Notes: generated by a model from the letters alone, not told the origin. Counted from the whole stretch's first letter, positions 12,867 to 26,469 are shown. The stretch is DNA of 63,297 bases, filler included, from Octopus bimaculoides (GCF_001194135.2; 8 parts of 8 records of this genome joined end to end with filler, not necessarily neighbours in it), one strand, 5' to 3'. Numbers and translations: made by a program.

Positions 12867-15172
12867 NNNNNNNNNNNNNNNNNNNNNNNNNNNNNNNNNN
12901 NNNNNNNNNNTTAATTAATTAANNNNNNNNNNNNNNNNNNNNNNNNNNNNNNNNNNNNNNNNNNNNATATATATATATATATATATATATATAGGATTAA
13001 ATAAAAAGACAGCGAACGGAAATATGACGTACCTATATATATGATTTAAAAAAAAACGTGTAGTAAATAAACAAACGAACATATACTAAATACACAGGCG
13101 GACAGAAAACACAGACGTTTACCAATTCTTCATCAATTATCGTCCAGGGAGGTTAAATTCAATTTCACCCATTGTCGATAAAACTATCGAGATATATATA
13201 AAATGATTAACCAGGTGTGGTGTGACAGCAAAAGAAATAGATCTTGATATGTTTGAAACAGAAATATTTAATATTTTATACAAATATGGAACACTCACAT
13301 ACAGTACTCAGAGTTTCCCCGTAAGCTACAGGTAAGAGGCTATCCGATTTCCGATTGGTTATCAGCGTACATGTCTTTACACAACAGATGACTGTCTATA
13401 CGATGAGCATTGATCACCGAATGAAAATCGGATGATTTCGTATCCGTGACTTTCCGAGAAAACTTTGAAAACTGTGTATTCCATGTTTGTATTATACACA
13501 CAGGTGCACACACGCACAATGTGTGTATGTGTTTCTGTGCATATGTATGCATGTATCTATGTGTGTGTGTGTGTGCATATGTATACATGTATCTATGTGA
13601 GTGTGTTTGTGTGCATATGTATCTGTTTGTGTGCGTATGTATGCATGTATCTACTATATGCATGTGTGTGTTTGTGTATATGTATGCATGTATCTATGTA
13701 TGCATGTATCTATGTATGCATGTATATATATGTATGTATGCATGTAGATATATGTCTCTCTGTGCGTGTATGCATGTCTATGAATGTGAGCATTTATATG
13801 TATGTGTATATCCACATGCGTGCGTGTACATATGTGTGTTTATATATAATGGATGGAAGCCGTGTTTATATGTGGTTTATGTGTGGTGTGTATGTATATT
13901 TATTTTGAAGGTGCGTATACACGTGGTGTGGCCTGTACGTGTATATGTACGAATGTCTGGTCAACGTTCGCCGAAGGACAGCGTGATCTATGATGCACGG
14001 AGATAATACAAGCGTTATGACGCCCATCTGTTATCATACGTTCCATTGAAGCTAAACAGTAGAAGCATAATTTATGAAGAAGTTATTTAATAGAAGAAAT
14101 CAATCTTCCGTAGTTTCTTTACAAAATTCTAACTTTTAAGATTTATAGAGAAAGGCCTTTCAATAAGCAATTTGTAGTAAATTCCATGTTTAAACGGCAA
14201 CCTTGAAATAAATACGTAAGCTTTGAGTCAAGACATCTGACCCAAATCTTTTTTAAATTTAGTAAAACGATAAAACTTATGAAAGGAAAATAGACAGCCT
14301 TCTATGTTGTCTCGTTTTTCGCTATACACACACACACACGCACGCACGCACGCGACTTTGCTGTATAAATATATATAGAACTTGGCTTCTTCACGCTGCT
14401 CGTTTTGTTGTCTTTGTTAGATGTGCATTTATTGGTTAAATCAACTTTTTTTTTAGGAAAATAACGGTAATTCTGATAGGCGTCGAACCACCTTCTCTAG
14501 TCTGTCCTGCCAGTATAGAGATCTGCTGCTCTACTCTCCTTCCTTCGCATTCTGGACTCTGTCCATATAGGGTTTTTTCCCACCTATCAATAAAACCCTG
14601 GATATGGTTATGAAAAGTGGGCGGAAAAATACAGAGAGAAAGCAGCCAGTTGGAGCAGGAAGCCTCTGTACACTGCAGAGGTGGGGTGTCGATATGTATG
14701 TATAATAATTTTAGTGTGTGTGTGTGTATGTATGTATATATATATATATATATATAGTCACTACACACACACGTACTTGCGCGCATGTAGATGGGCTTGT
14801 GTGTATGTGAAGTCAGGGCAAGTCCGGCTGAGTTCTCTCCCCGTCCACCTCGCAGTATGCTTGAAAATCATGAAATTGTGAAACCAGTTAAAGGAAATGT
14901 AAATAGATCTTTTTAAAGACATTTTGCATTTTCAACTTCTGTGTATTTCTAGTCGTGTTTTACCTTCTTTTTCTCATGTTTTCTCTTCCGTTTTCTCCCT
15001 TCTTTTCTTTGAAAGACATTCTAGAACCCCCATCCCCGTCTCCCCGTCTATCTTCCAGTTGAAACTATATTCACATTATATTTATTCGTTTGTTTTGTTC
15101 TTTAAAACAGCTCCAGTAAGTGACTGAACCCAGAACAATGTGGTTTGTAAGCAAGCTACTTACCACACAGGC

Positions 15173-15552
15173 ATAATTGGCACTCCGTCGGTTGCAACGA
15201 CGGGGGTTCCAGTTGATCCGATCAACGGAACAGCCTGCTCGTGAAATTAACGTGCAAGTGGCTGAGCACTCCACAGACACGTGTACCCTTAACGTAGTTC
15301 TCGGGGATATTCAGCGTGACACAGAGTGTGACAAGCCTGGTCCTTTGAATTACAGGCACAACAGAAACAGGAAGTAAGAGAAAGTTGTGGTGAAAGAGTA
15401 CAGCAGGGTTCGCCACCATCTCCTACTGGAGCCTCGTGGAACTTTAGGTGTTTTCGCTCAATAAACACTCACAACGCCCGGTCTGGGAATCGAAACCGCG
15501 ATCCTACAACCGCTAGTTCGCTGCCCTAACCACTGGGCCATTGTGCCTCCAC
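15173..15552 (-). mobile_element. tRNA-derived SINE family C, tail type 1
   Basis: Minus strand GGAGGCACAATGGCCCAGTGGTTAGGGCAG (A box)...GGTTTCGATTCCC (B box)...GAGAACTACGTTAAGGGTACACGTGTCTGTGGAGTGCTCAGCC...GGAGTGCC. Confidence 0.9.
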
Positions 15553-16015
15553 ATGCTTCAATAGATGTTTACAGTTTCATTGTTTTACGTAGGTTACTAA
15601 ATAAACGTGAGGTTGTTATTTCCCAAACATGCAGTGACCATTACATAAATTATAGGCGGTCATTTTGTACAAGACAGACGTTGTCAATTAATGAATGACA
15701 TCAAATATTTATGACTTAATTACTTTAACCGTTATTTAGATATATTTAGATGAAGTGGGACTATTTCCCCGGGACTTCATTCTCAATCCGTTAGTCTTGT
15801 GACAATTTACCTTTGACTTTATTTCCTTACAGCAGCCCCCAAAACACGGGGTGGAGGAACTCTCGTCCCCTTAACTTCCTTTTAAATTAGATCTAAACAC
15901 TTTTTTAGGTGATACTTGAAGCTTCAGTACGCATCCACATACTTACAAATACTGGTAGCGCAACATCACACATACCAAACATACATATATACACATACTG
16001 ACACGTTCATACAAA

Positions 16016-16057
<42 letters not shown>

Positions 16058-17696
16058 ATACATACATACTTATGGACACTAAGATTTTCTCTCTCTTATT
16101 CTTCTCCTCCACCACCCTCTCTTTCATACCTCCCTCCCTTATCTCTCATTCTATCTTCTTTCTCATTAGTCTTAATTGACTACGCTCATCTTTCTCCACA
16201 ACTCTTTATTACAGTCCGAGTTTAATGACAACAGCCAGAAGATGGTGGGAGGGCACTGGTGGAAATAGCGGCGGGGCTGGTGGTGGTGGTGGTGGTAGTA
16301 GTAGTTACTGGTGCCACATTATATAATAATTGAGGTTGGAATATGTTGAGGTGATAGTGAAGAGGTAGCTAGGTTGTGGAATTGGTGGTAGTGCTGAGCT
16401 GCTACATTAATCTGAAGTTATTAGAATGTAGTTAGATGTGTTAAGGTGATGTTTGGATTGAATAGGGTTGTAGTTGGTTGTAGGGTTTGTTTGATTGTTC
16501 CCTGGTCCCTAATTAGTCACACATACGCACGCAAGTGCTGTTTGCCTTATTCTTGGGCTTTCAAACGAATTCTAAAGAGAATGATACTCTACTAGCTTTG
16601 TCAGATCTACCATTTTAACAAATTCATATTTCTACTCTTTTCTCTGTATTGAGTACTTTGTCCACATGGTTCGGGGTTCAATACCACAATATGTGACAAG
16701 CGTTTTCATACATAGCGATTAAAGCCTTATGAGTTGAGTTCCTTAAGATGAAAACTGTGAGGAGCCCGAGAGAGAAAGAGAGAGGACTGTTCCTCTGTTT
16801 TAGGGGTAGATTTAACCTATCTCCCAGTTTACCATCGTCACCTTGCCCTTTACTGTCTTTTGGGGAGTCTTCAGAGGAGTCCACTTCATTACAAGCTTTC
16901 GAGTCAAGGATAACTTCATCTTCCTTCCACCTGTTTCGGAGGTCCTGCAAAGAGTCGTCCTTGGTACCTTTCATGTCTGTATGTGGCTGTGCGAGGCCTA
17001 GTGATTAGAGTTTTTGTACTCAGTCTGGCTTGTGAGTTCGATTCTTGGTCAAGTCTGCACTTTGTGTGTCCTTGACCAAGGCACATTATTTCACGTTGCT
17101 TCAGTCTATGTAACTGAAAAGAGTTCTAGCCTAATGAAGAGTTGTCGTCTAAACGACCCTGATGGGGTGAAAATGAAGTCGAGTCTGCTGCATTTCGAAC
17201 ACCAAACTAAATAAGCACATTTAGTTGCGTGGTCTCTTGTTTTTAGTATTTCACCAACTTCAGACAAAGAGAAAACAAGGAAACCATTCTAATAAAAGAA
17301 GTGTTTTGTCTTCAACAAAGGCTGCAATATCTATGGTGTTTAGTATATGGCTTTTTAAATGCGGTTTGACGTTTGGAATTTCAACTATTTCACTCAAAGG
17401 GGAATATTCTATTGAAAGAATGGCTTATTTTTAAAAGAAGTGGGATGAAAAAATCTATCATTTGTTCCTTCTTTTAGTAGAAACTATTAAAACAGTTTAA
17501 TAATTCATATTTCTATTGGAATATTTACAAAGTCTGGGATTGTTTGTTTGAGATATTTATATCTTGTTTTCACTTAAATCCTGCCGTTCAAACCACGTGA
17601 GCTTTTATCCATTACATATTTTGATGTGCTTCATAGAAACTTTTAGTAATTGTAGTAGTAATGGACAATTATAATATAGAGCAATGAATACAAAAC

Positions 17697-17744
<48 letters not shown>

Positions 17745-18051
17745 ATAGAAAGGACAAAAAAAGAAAGAAAGAGACCTCGATATTATGTAAATAGAGGAAT
17801 TTATCTGTAAAAATATGTGACATATATATATATATATATAATTATAAGATCCAATGACCTAAGCGTAGGAAGTTTGTAAGCTTCGAGCAATCCGTGGTAG
17901 GTATAAAAAAAAAACAACGTTCAGGAACAATAATTTATTGGCGTCGAAGGTTGTAGACTTTTCCCACATTGAAGTTCGATAAGCTGAAAAAAAATTTTGT
18001 TATATTTAACGGTTAACAATTAGAGTTGCTATGAATGCGAATAAAAATCAG

Positions 18052-18293
18052 AATTGAGGGAGTGGGGCAGGTAAAATCCTGGCTACATATATTTCCTCGC
18101 TAGCGGATCCTCTCGTGTAATAATTACTCAACGAGGAGTACTCATCTTCAGCCACTTGGGATGCCTTAACGACAATGTAACCTTCGACCTGATGAGTAGC
18201 TGAGTGCCCCTCGCTGAGTAATTATTACATCAGAGTATCTGCTAGCTAGGAAACATATGTAGCCAGGATTTTACCCGCTTCACTCCTTCAATT
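18052..18293. mobile_element. Foldback/MITE-like element with about 95-bp imperfect inverted arms
   Basis: AATTGAGGGAGTGGGGCAGGTAAAATCCTGGCTACATAT...TAATAATTACTCAACGAGG is mirrored by CCTCGCTGAGTAATTATTA...ATATGTAGCCAGGATTTTACCCGCTTCACTCCTTCAATT. Spacer about 45 nt; no clear TSD. Confidence 0.7.
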
Positions 18294-18326
18294 TGGATAT
18301 ATATAATATTTATATAATATAATATA

Positions 18327-18481
<155 letters not shown>

Positions 18482-19409
18482 GTGTGTGTGTGTAAGAGAG
18501 AGAGGGATTATTTTGGTCTAGTCAATCTCTTGCTAACCTCGGTTCCTCCGTAGATGCACGGGCAAGTTATGACTTGCCTGAAAACCCTGTGCACTCACAG
18601 GTGAAACTCAGAGTAGCAAGACACTGACTCGACCAAAGTATTCGATCCTTATTTTTCCAAGAGTTAACACTAAACGCGTATATACATACATACACGAGCC
18701 ACGTGATAAGCCAGACAACCCTTTGCATCGTTTTAGTTTTCTAATGATGCTACCTCGCTGGCTAGGCAGGCCGGCCAACATTCACCCTGCTATTATTTCT
18801 TCAGTGACTGATGTTCATATATATATATGAGGAAACTTTGAGACACCTGAGAATTCTTGGCACATGGCTTTAAGTGTTTAATAGAAAGGGTGCCTTTGTT
18901 TCTCACATTTCCCCCTGCTTCGTTCGGAAGCTTTAATTGTGACCACGATATTCTCGTATTTCTCTAGATGTTTTTTTTATTTTAACAAGCGAGGTATTTA
19001 TACAGATGTATTCTTTTACTATATAATCAACAGATGACAATGCGATGTAGAAATCTACCTGCTACATTAAATTTTAAATGGTTTAACATATAACAGTGTT
19101 AAACACATCTAGTTTCCTTCTTTTTTTTTTATGGCGCAGATGTTTATATCCGGTCCTTCAATGCGGATCACCTGGCCAAGTCTGAGCAGAAACCCAAACT
19201 TTCTAAAGTTCAGCAGCTTTAGAAAGCAAGTGTTGCGGTTATAAGTATTAAGTTTATTTGGGTTATAGATATTATGGTGACTTCACATTCCATCTACGGA
19301 AAAATCGGGTGACTTTTACAGACGATAAAATTGAAGAAAATATATTTTTCATTTGTATATTTGGAATAAATACGTCTAGCAAATGACAATAATATTCTTC
19401 AATTTTATT

Positions 19410-19810
19410 ATTTTACTTTTCACTCAGTGGGCGACGGCCATGCTGGAGCCCTTCATTGAAGGGTTTTGTAGAACAAATTGACTTCAGGACTTATTTCTAT
19501 TTTCAAAGTCTGGCACTTATTCTATCGGTTCTTTTTCCGAACTGCTAAGTTACGGAGTGCCTAAACAAACCCACACCGGCTGTCAAGCGCTGGGTTCAGG
19601 GAAGAGACATACACATAAATATATACTCTCTCTATCTCTNNNNNNNNNNNNNNNNNNNNNNNNNNNNAATTCTCTTTCACACAGCTTCAGTCTACGAAAT
19701 CCACTCACACGGTTTTAATCAGCCCTGGGTTGTAACAGAAGAAACTTACCCAAGGTACCATGCAGTGGAACTGAAACCGAGACCACGCAGTTTCGAAGCG
19801 AGCTTCTGAA
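19410..19810 (-). mobile_element. SINE family A
   Basis: GGCCATGCTGG...AACTGCTAAGTTACGG...CCATGCAGTGGAACTGAAACC family motifs. Confidence 0.75.
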
Positions 19811-20788
19811 ACACGCCGCCAACGATCCCTCATACCCTCATTCAGCTTCTCGTGTGTCGCTTATGCTCTTGGGAAGGGCATATACGTCACAACTTCTCAT
19901 TGACTCTTCTTGGAAAATTTTCAGTTATTGTAAAAGAGAAAGACAGTTTAACACCGTTGAATTGGAGGTATGAGTCATAGATAGGATTAAGTGAATCTGA
20001 GGCGTTCATGCCTAATCGTTATCATTTCACTTAAGACAATGACACTCTTGACAGCCAATGAGAGAGTTTCTATGTGGTCGTTCGAAGTGATGGATATAGC
20101 AGTCAAATTCCCCTCGTTCTATATAACATTGAAAAGAAATGATGGCCACAGCTGGAACGCCTTAGATCGTATATCTGCTAGACCAAGGCGGACTTGGGCC
20201 TAAATAACGAAAACGCCCTTGAGGAAGGCATGAATATCCTGTACCCCCCACCCATGAATTAAGCCGTAACTAGAGAGACTAATGAATTGTGCTCATCAAT
20301 GTCTCATTAACAAAATACGTAAATGTCACGTCCACAGTGACGTCAGTCTTTTTGTTTATCTTATTTCTTGCTTTCTTTTTAATTTTTATTTTGAGTTTTA
20401 TTTCGATTTTATTTATATATTACGGATTCATCATCCAGTATATAGGGATGGTCATTTCTCTTCGCACAACTGGTACAAGAACAATAAGATAACGTTTATT
20501 AACAGCTGTAAATATTCACTGTCGGTTGACATGGCGGAATACACACGAAACAATACACCGACATTGAACTGAGGAGTTTTGTGTGTTTTTTGCGAAGTGC
20601 ACCTTCTTTTTATAATATTTCAATGTTGCTGCACTTCGGGAGGGTCATGTTGCGGAATAAAACACACGCACTGACTGTATTTCTTTTCAGTTTTAGTATC
20701 GGTAATTGTCATCGAGCAATACCACTTTATCTTTTAAGGTACTTCTCTTAATGTGGCGCAGGAGGTTGATAGGAACATACTATTGTAT

Positions 20789-20868
<80 letters not shown>

Positions 20869-22042
20869 TGTGCGTGCGTGTTTGCATGCGTGCGTAAGGA
20901 TGTATAGGTCTGAGCTTGTATGTGTGTCTGCTTTTGTGTCTGTGTGAAGAGATATGCATATGTCTATATACGTAGCTACTTATGTGGATGTATATACCTC
21001 GATAACTCTGTGTGTGTGTGTATTCAGGCATATTATATCACAGAAATTGCTTTTGCGTGTACACACACACACACACAATTTCTGAGATATAATATACTTG
21101 AATATAATATTGTATCATAATAAACTTATTCAGAGAGAAGCACATTAATTTTATTGCGCAATTAGCTTTATTAATAACGTTACAAATGTAAGGATGTTAA
21201 TATTTGAATGGATGTTAATACTTGCGTAATTGCTCTGTCCTCTCCATTCACCAATTCTATTTCGATTCACACCTCTTCATCCACCTCCTTCCTCCCCTCT
21301 CTCTCTCTCTCCCCCAACACACACATTTATATTTATGTGCATGTTCATATATATATACATATGTGTATGTGTGAACGTCATTGTGTTCCTGAATATTCCT
21401 GTCCTACTCACGGAACAATGTGGCCACTGTGAAGAGTTCACTGTACAATTGCAAGCCGCATGTCTGCCCATAGCTATTCATCTTCAGAACTCGTGTACTT
21501 TCAAGATCGTTGACTCAACGGGTGGGTGTTCAGGCATTCATGCTATCCTCTCGCTTCCTCATACGCTTCTATGTATGTATTTAGCTGGGTGCGTGTTCAT
21601 ATATAGGTGAGTGTATTTTTCTCTCAACAATCGGCAGCAGTGTTGGTTTGTTTGTGTAACATAGTGGTTCGGCAATAAGTAACCGATAAATCCAGATTTT
21701 TAAAAAGTCTTAGGCTTGGTTTGATCGAATAAACTCTGCAGAACATACCCGCGATCAAATAATTGAAACAAGGAAAAGAACATGTGTTACTCTCTTCAAT
21801 TGGCATCGAGTTAATACTCTAACTCAATATGTCTGACGTGTGTGTGTGTGTATGTTTCTCTCCAATGTAGCCATATTTCCTTTATGCTGTGTATTTCAGC
21901 TCTTTTCATTTTTTTAATTCTCAGGTATGGAATCATAGCACCGACTACCTGTTCAATCATTGAATACTCTCAGTGATTAAATAGGTCATTTAAATGGACT
22001 AAAATTGTCCTGTATCGGCTTTGTGTGTGTGTGTGTTTGATC

Positions 22043-22183
22043 AGGCGTGGCTGTGTGGTAAGAAAAGCTTGCTTCCCAACCACATAGTTGCGGGTTCAGT
22101 CCCACTGCGTGGCACCTTAGATAAGTGTCTTCTACTATAGCCTCGGGCCGACCAAAACCTTGTGAGTGGATTTAATAGACGGA
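22043..22183 (+). mobile_element. SINE family A, 5' half (a separate 3'-half copy lies at about 21640-21785)
   Basis: GGCGTGGCTGTGTGGTAAGAAAAGCTTGCTTCCCAACCAC...GGGTTCAGTCCCACTGCGTGGCACC. Confidence 0.85.
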
Positions 22184-23140
22184 NNNNNNNNNNATATATA
22201 TATATATAGTATACTCTCTGGATCATGGAGAATAAGTTGAAGAGCGACTGTGGGGTTTTGTAAGAGCCACATTAGGCCTAAAAATTCTGCATGCGACGAG
22301 AAAGTGTGCCATAAAGACCTGATTGGTTAGAAGTGCGCAGTTGGCGACCTGTGATAATCGGTGGTGGTCTTCTTCGGACATGGATCGGCAGCTATCGTTA
22401 TCGCGTGTTTATCTGTGTGTGTGTGTGTGTGTGTGTTGGATTGAAACGAAAGTAACTTTCTAAGAGCGAAAAAGAAAAATGGGGAGAGAAGAGACGAAAT
22501 GTACTTAATTTCCGTATTATGCTGCTGTAAGAATGTATATATGAAAGTGTATGTGTGTGTGTTCGAGAGTTAGGGGATGTTCTGAAATTACCTCCAATAG
22601 AAGCATAGGCGAACATCTGTATCACTGTTTACTGGTTGCATACCCAAGACTTTTTACACATTCCATCTGCANNNNNNNNNNCACTGTTTACTGGTTGCAT
22701 ACCCAAGACTTTTTACACATTCCATCTGCAAATTATGGACTAAACAAACATCAATGTTTGTGTCTAGTAAACTACGAACATAGTCACTGTTAAATGAAAT
22801 GGAAATTGTATGTTTGTGAATTTCTTCAAATGAAGATAAAACAAATTATTTTTACAGGAAATGAGATTTCCCCAGAGCTGCTGTTAGTTGCTAAATTTAA
22901 TTCTCTACGTGTGTACAAGCAAGTATGAAAAGAATGAGGTATCGCTAGACCCGTCCCTTAATTGTCTGCGTACATATTCTTGTGGCAGCATGGAAAGTGA
23001 AATATTAAAGATTCTGGTTCTTGTAATAGCACATATATATATACAGGAAATACGTATATTTCGTTGCTTCTGTTTCAGATTTTCACTTTCAACAGCAGTA
23101 CCTGAGGAAATTCTACAACCTATTCTATGGTACAAGTCAA

Positions 23141-23176
<36 letters not shown>

Positions 23177-24744
23177 TCACACACACACACATACCCTCTG
23201 TGTGTCCGTGTTTACACTCGTGACGGTATGAAGTCGGAGGAGTCATGTGATAAATGTCTTTCTGCTGGTGATCGAGAGAGAACTATATTTATACTCAATG
23301 CTAATTGTTATGATTCTGCATTGCATTTAACTGAGAGGAGACATGTAATAATTGTGGTAAAAGCTACTAATTATCAACTATGCTACAAAACACCATCTTG
23401 TCTTTGCAGCTCATTAACAAGCAATGGTAATACTCCTTATTGAGCCGATTTTTATAGTGTGTGTGTGCGTGTGTTATGAGGATTGTTCTAAACTTACACG
23501 TTGGAGTGAATTTGTATGGTTCACCGTATACACCGACATATAACTTGCTATTTCTGATGGTTCGGACCCAGAAAACAACTGCTTTTAATAACTTCTGAGA
23601 CCAACAAAAACTCTATGTGGCGACTCGACTTGCCAGAGATGGCAACTAAGTCTCCATCGTATCACATTTCACCAATTTAAAAAAGGAGTGGAAATATTGG
23701 ACAATGTAGCCGTAGATAAACTATATTTAAAGTCAGGGCTGGAGTATTCATAGTTGGAACGTTAGTTGTACGGTGTTCGATTTGACCAGAAGCTACTGAG
23801 ATATACTTTGACGTATGTATCTCTACAATTTCTTGTAAGCATCTCAGTTGTTACTAGAAACACACTCGGCTTATTATTCTTTTCCTTCAATCATTTGTCA
23901 TTAATCATGAATGGTTGAGCACATTAAGTCAGCCATCAAGTAGTTTATCATTAAAGGACGTCTTTATATTCCTTCATAGTCTTTCATATTTCTTTGTAAT
24001 TCTTTGTACTCTTGTAAACTTTTAGGTACTTTATAGTACTTAATACTCCTTTCTCTTCAAATACACACAAAAATCTATATATATATGCACAAATCTGCGC
24101 GCGCGCTCACACACACGCTGTCACTGTCAACTTTTCATAGAAAAATGTGTGTGCGTGTGTATTATATCTAAACATCATCTAAAACGTGTAAACAATCAGT
24201 CATATGTTGAAAGCTATATTATAGATAGGAAGTGGCTAACATTACTATTGCCTGCTGATAATATCTTTCTTTAAATAGGCCCTTAGAACGCATTTCATAT
24301 TTGTACAGATTGTATCACATAATAAATATTTTTACATATAACGAATGATGTAATATGAGTAGTGGCTGATATTATCAGTTCATGATATCTTAATGTTATT
24401 GTATGATGAAACAAATGTATGTTGATGTACTGAGAAATATTTTACAATTCTTTATTCTTTCATTGTACTGTTTGCTTATCAAATCAACGAGAGATAACCG
24501 TAAAACAATTAATCCCGAACAGCACGCTGGTGTGCGGTATGTTGGAGGTCGGTGGGTTGCAAAAATAAAATTTTGAAAGTGAAAAATATCTTCTAAATTG
24601 TGGTTAACCGTGTTTTATGCATTGGATGAAACACCAGGGCGGGGGAGGTCGATGATATTGGTTAACCCCACCTCAAATCGGCTAAACTTGTGTCTAGATC
24701 AGAAATTACTACTTTTATTATTATTATTATTATTATTATTATAA

Positions 24745-24935
24745 AGATGGCGAGATGGTTTAATCGTTAGCACGCCGCGCAAAATGTTTCGTGGGGTTTT
24801 GTCCGTCTGTACGTTCAAAGTTCAAATTCCACCGAATCAGACCCGTCTTCCTTTCGGAGTCGATAAAATATGTACCAGTCGAGCAAAAGTAAGTACCCCC
24901 GAACTTGCTGGCCTTGCGTCAAAATTTGAAACCAA
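24745..24935 (+). mobile_element. SINE family B, degenerate
   Basis: GGCGAG...ATCGTTAGCACGCCG...AAGTTCAAATTCC...CCTTTCGGAGTCGATAAA. Confidence 0.7.
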
Positions 24936-24937
24936 AT

Positions 24938-25325
24938 ATTATTATTGTTATTGTTATTTTACTTCTCAGAGCGCTCGTTCTTCTTTTTTCTGGTATATTC
25001 TGTGCGAGAGCGGACTTCAGCCTGCTGTGAGAGGTGTCACAGAGACTCTTTCCACACATCATAAGCTTTGATACTTGGTTGTTAATTATCATGGGAGACA
25101 TTCAACATCCAAGTACCAATCTCAAAATCCTAGCTATCGTCAGCAGAGCAGTTTTTGGGGCTTGCTCTGTTCTCATGTCGATTCCCATTTCTCTGACGTA
25201 TTTCTCGAACTTGGTTCCTAGTGCTCCGAGTGTCCTTACAACTCCTGGAATGACAGACACTCTCCTCATAGTTCACATTCTTGCAATTTCGTCTTTTAGT
25301 AGTCTGTATTTTTCAATATTTTAAA
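24938..25325 (-). mobile_element. 3' fragment of RLE-type non-LTR retrotransposon flanked by (TAA)n
   Basis: Minus strand reads EKYRLLKDEIARM*TMRRVSVIPGVVRTLGALG...QAPKTALLTIARILRLVLGC*, then a 3' UTR and an (AAT/AAC)n tail. An (AAT)n array also lies at the truncated 5' end (25330-25420). Confidence 0.75.
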
Positions 25326-26414
25326 AATTTCATTATTATTATTATCATTATCATTATTATTATTATTGTTATTATTATTATTGTTATTATTATTATTATT
25401 AATATTTTATTATTATTATCTTTTTCAGGCCAAATGTCTGTCCTTACCAAGAAGTGGAAATGTCTTTGGTGCGGCAGCCTTGTGTACAAGCTTACACACG
25501 TTTAGTCAAAGTTTGGANNNNNNNNNNNNNNNNNNNNNNNNNNNNNNNNNNNNNNNNNNNNTTAATTAATTAANNNNNNNNNNNNNNNNNNNNNNNNNNN
25601 NNNNNNNNNNNNNNNNNCCACACACCCATACCTGTACCTGTGTTTACCAGTCATAAAATTCATGACGTCCTTTTGAAATACTTCAAATATTTGAAATTGT
25701 TTTTCTTTTCCAGACCAGACAACACAATCAAATCCAGTCATAAGCTGAAGGACAATGCAAATGCTATGCGTGCGCGCACACACACAAACACACATACACA
25801 CACACACACACACACCTTAACTATAAATTTAATTCGTATTTGATTGCATTTCAAAAGGCATGTGATTTTTTTTACTCCTTAAGTATCCTATGTCAATGCA
25901 ATTCTGTGCTTGACATAAACCTGCTTATTGCTTACAAAACTGCTTATTGCTTATTGCATACAAAGTATGAGGGTTTAGTTCACAGGTGATCTAAACGATT
26001 AGGTACGCTAGGTAAGTGCTGAAATGGATAACTGGGGCTCCAAGGTTATAGCTGAGACGGTAGTTATGGAGCCATTGCAGATTTCCGATGCAGTGGGTAT
26101 ATAATTGTTAAACAGGACAACAAACATTAAGGCAAGGCAAACATCTCAAGACGTATACAATATTATTATAGGAAGAAATTCCAAATCTTACAACTCTTTC
26201 ATGGATATATTCAGGATTGTATCTAGGAACTTACACTCATGGATCTCTGCAGGATTGCACATACAGACTCATGCTTAGGTTTCTATAACTTTGGAAAGTT
26301 GAACTATGAACTTTTATGATTCTTTTTCCTTTTTTCTTTCCATCTCGTTATTCTTTTACTCCTTCCTCTATATTGTCATCTTATTAATATATACCATTTT
26401 CATTTTCCCTATTT

Positions 26415-26469
26415 GTCTCTGATGACAGAATATTCCTTATTCGGGATGTCCCAGAAACAGCTGTAAGAT
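26415..26469 (+). ncRNA. Minimal (Penelope-type) hammerhead ribozyme motif, stem II decayed
   Basis: GTCT-CTGATGA-stem II (26426-26453)-GAA-ACAGCTGT (palindromic stem III)-A-AGAT. Stem I is GUCU/AGAU and the cleavage triplet is GUA. Confidence 0.6.

Noticed and set aside
12911-12922. TTAATTAATTAA islands inside N-runs (also near 25562, 43228, 46656, 51458, 53824 and 57692)
   Set aside because: An identical 12-mer embedded between N blocks at seven gaps is a scaffolding or linker artefact, not a biological motif.
13446-14006. 186-aa Cys/Tyr/Val/Met-rich ORF and similar HTHT/CVCV ORFs
   Set aside because: Translation of degenerate (TG)n/(TATG)n microsatellite.
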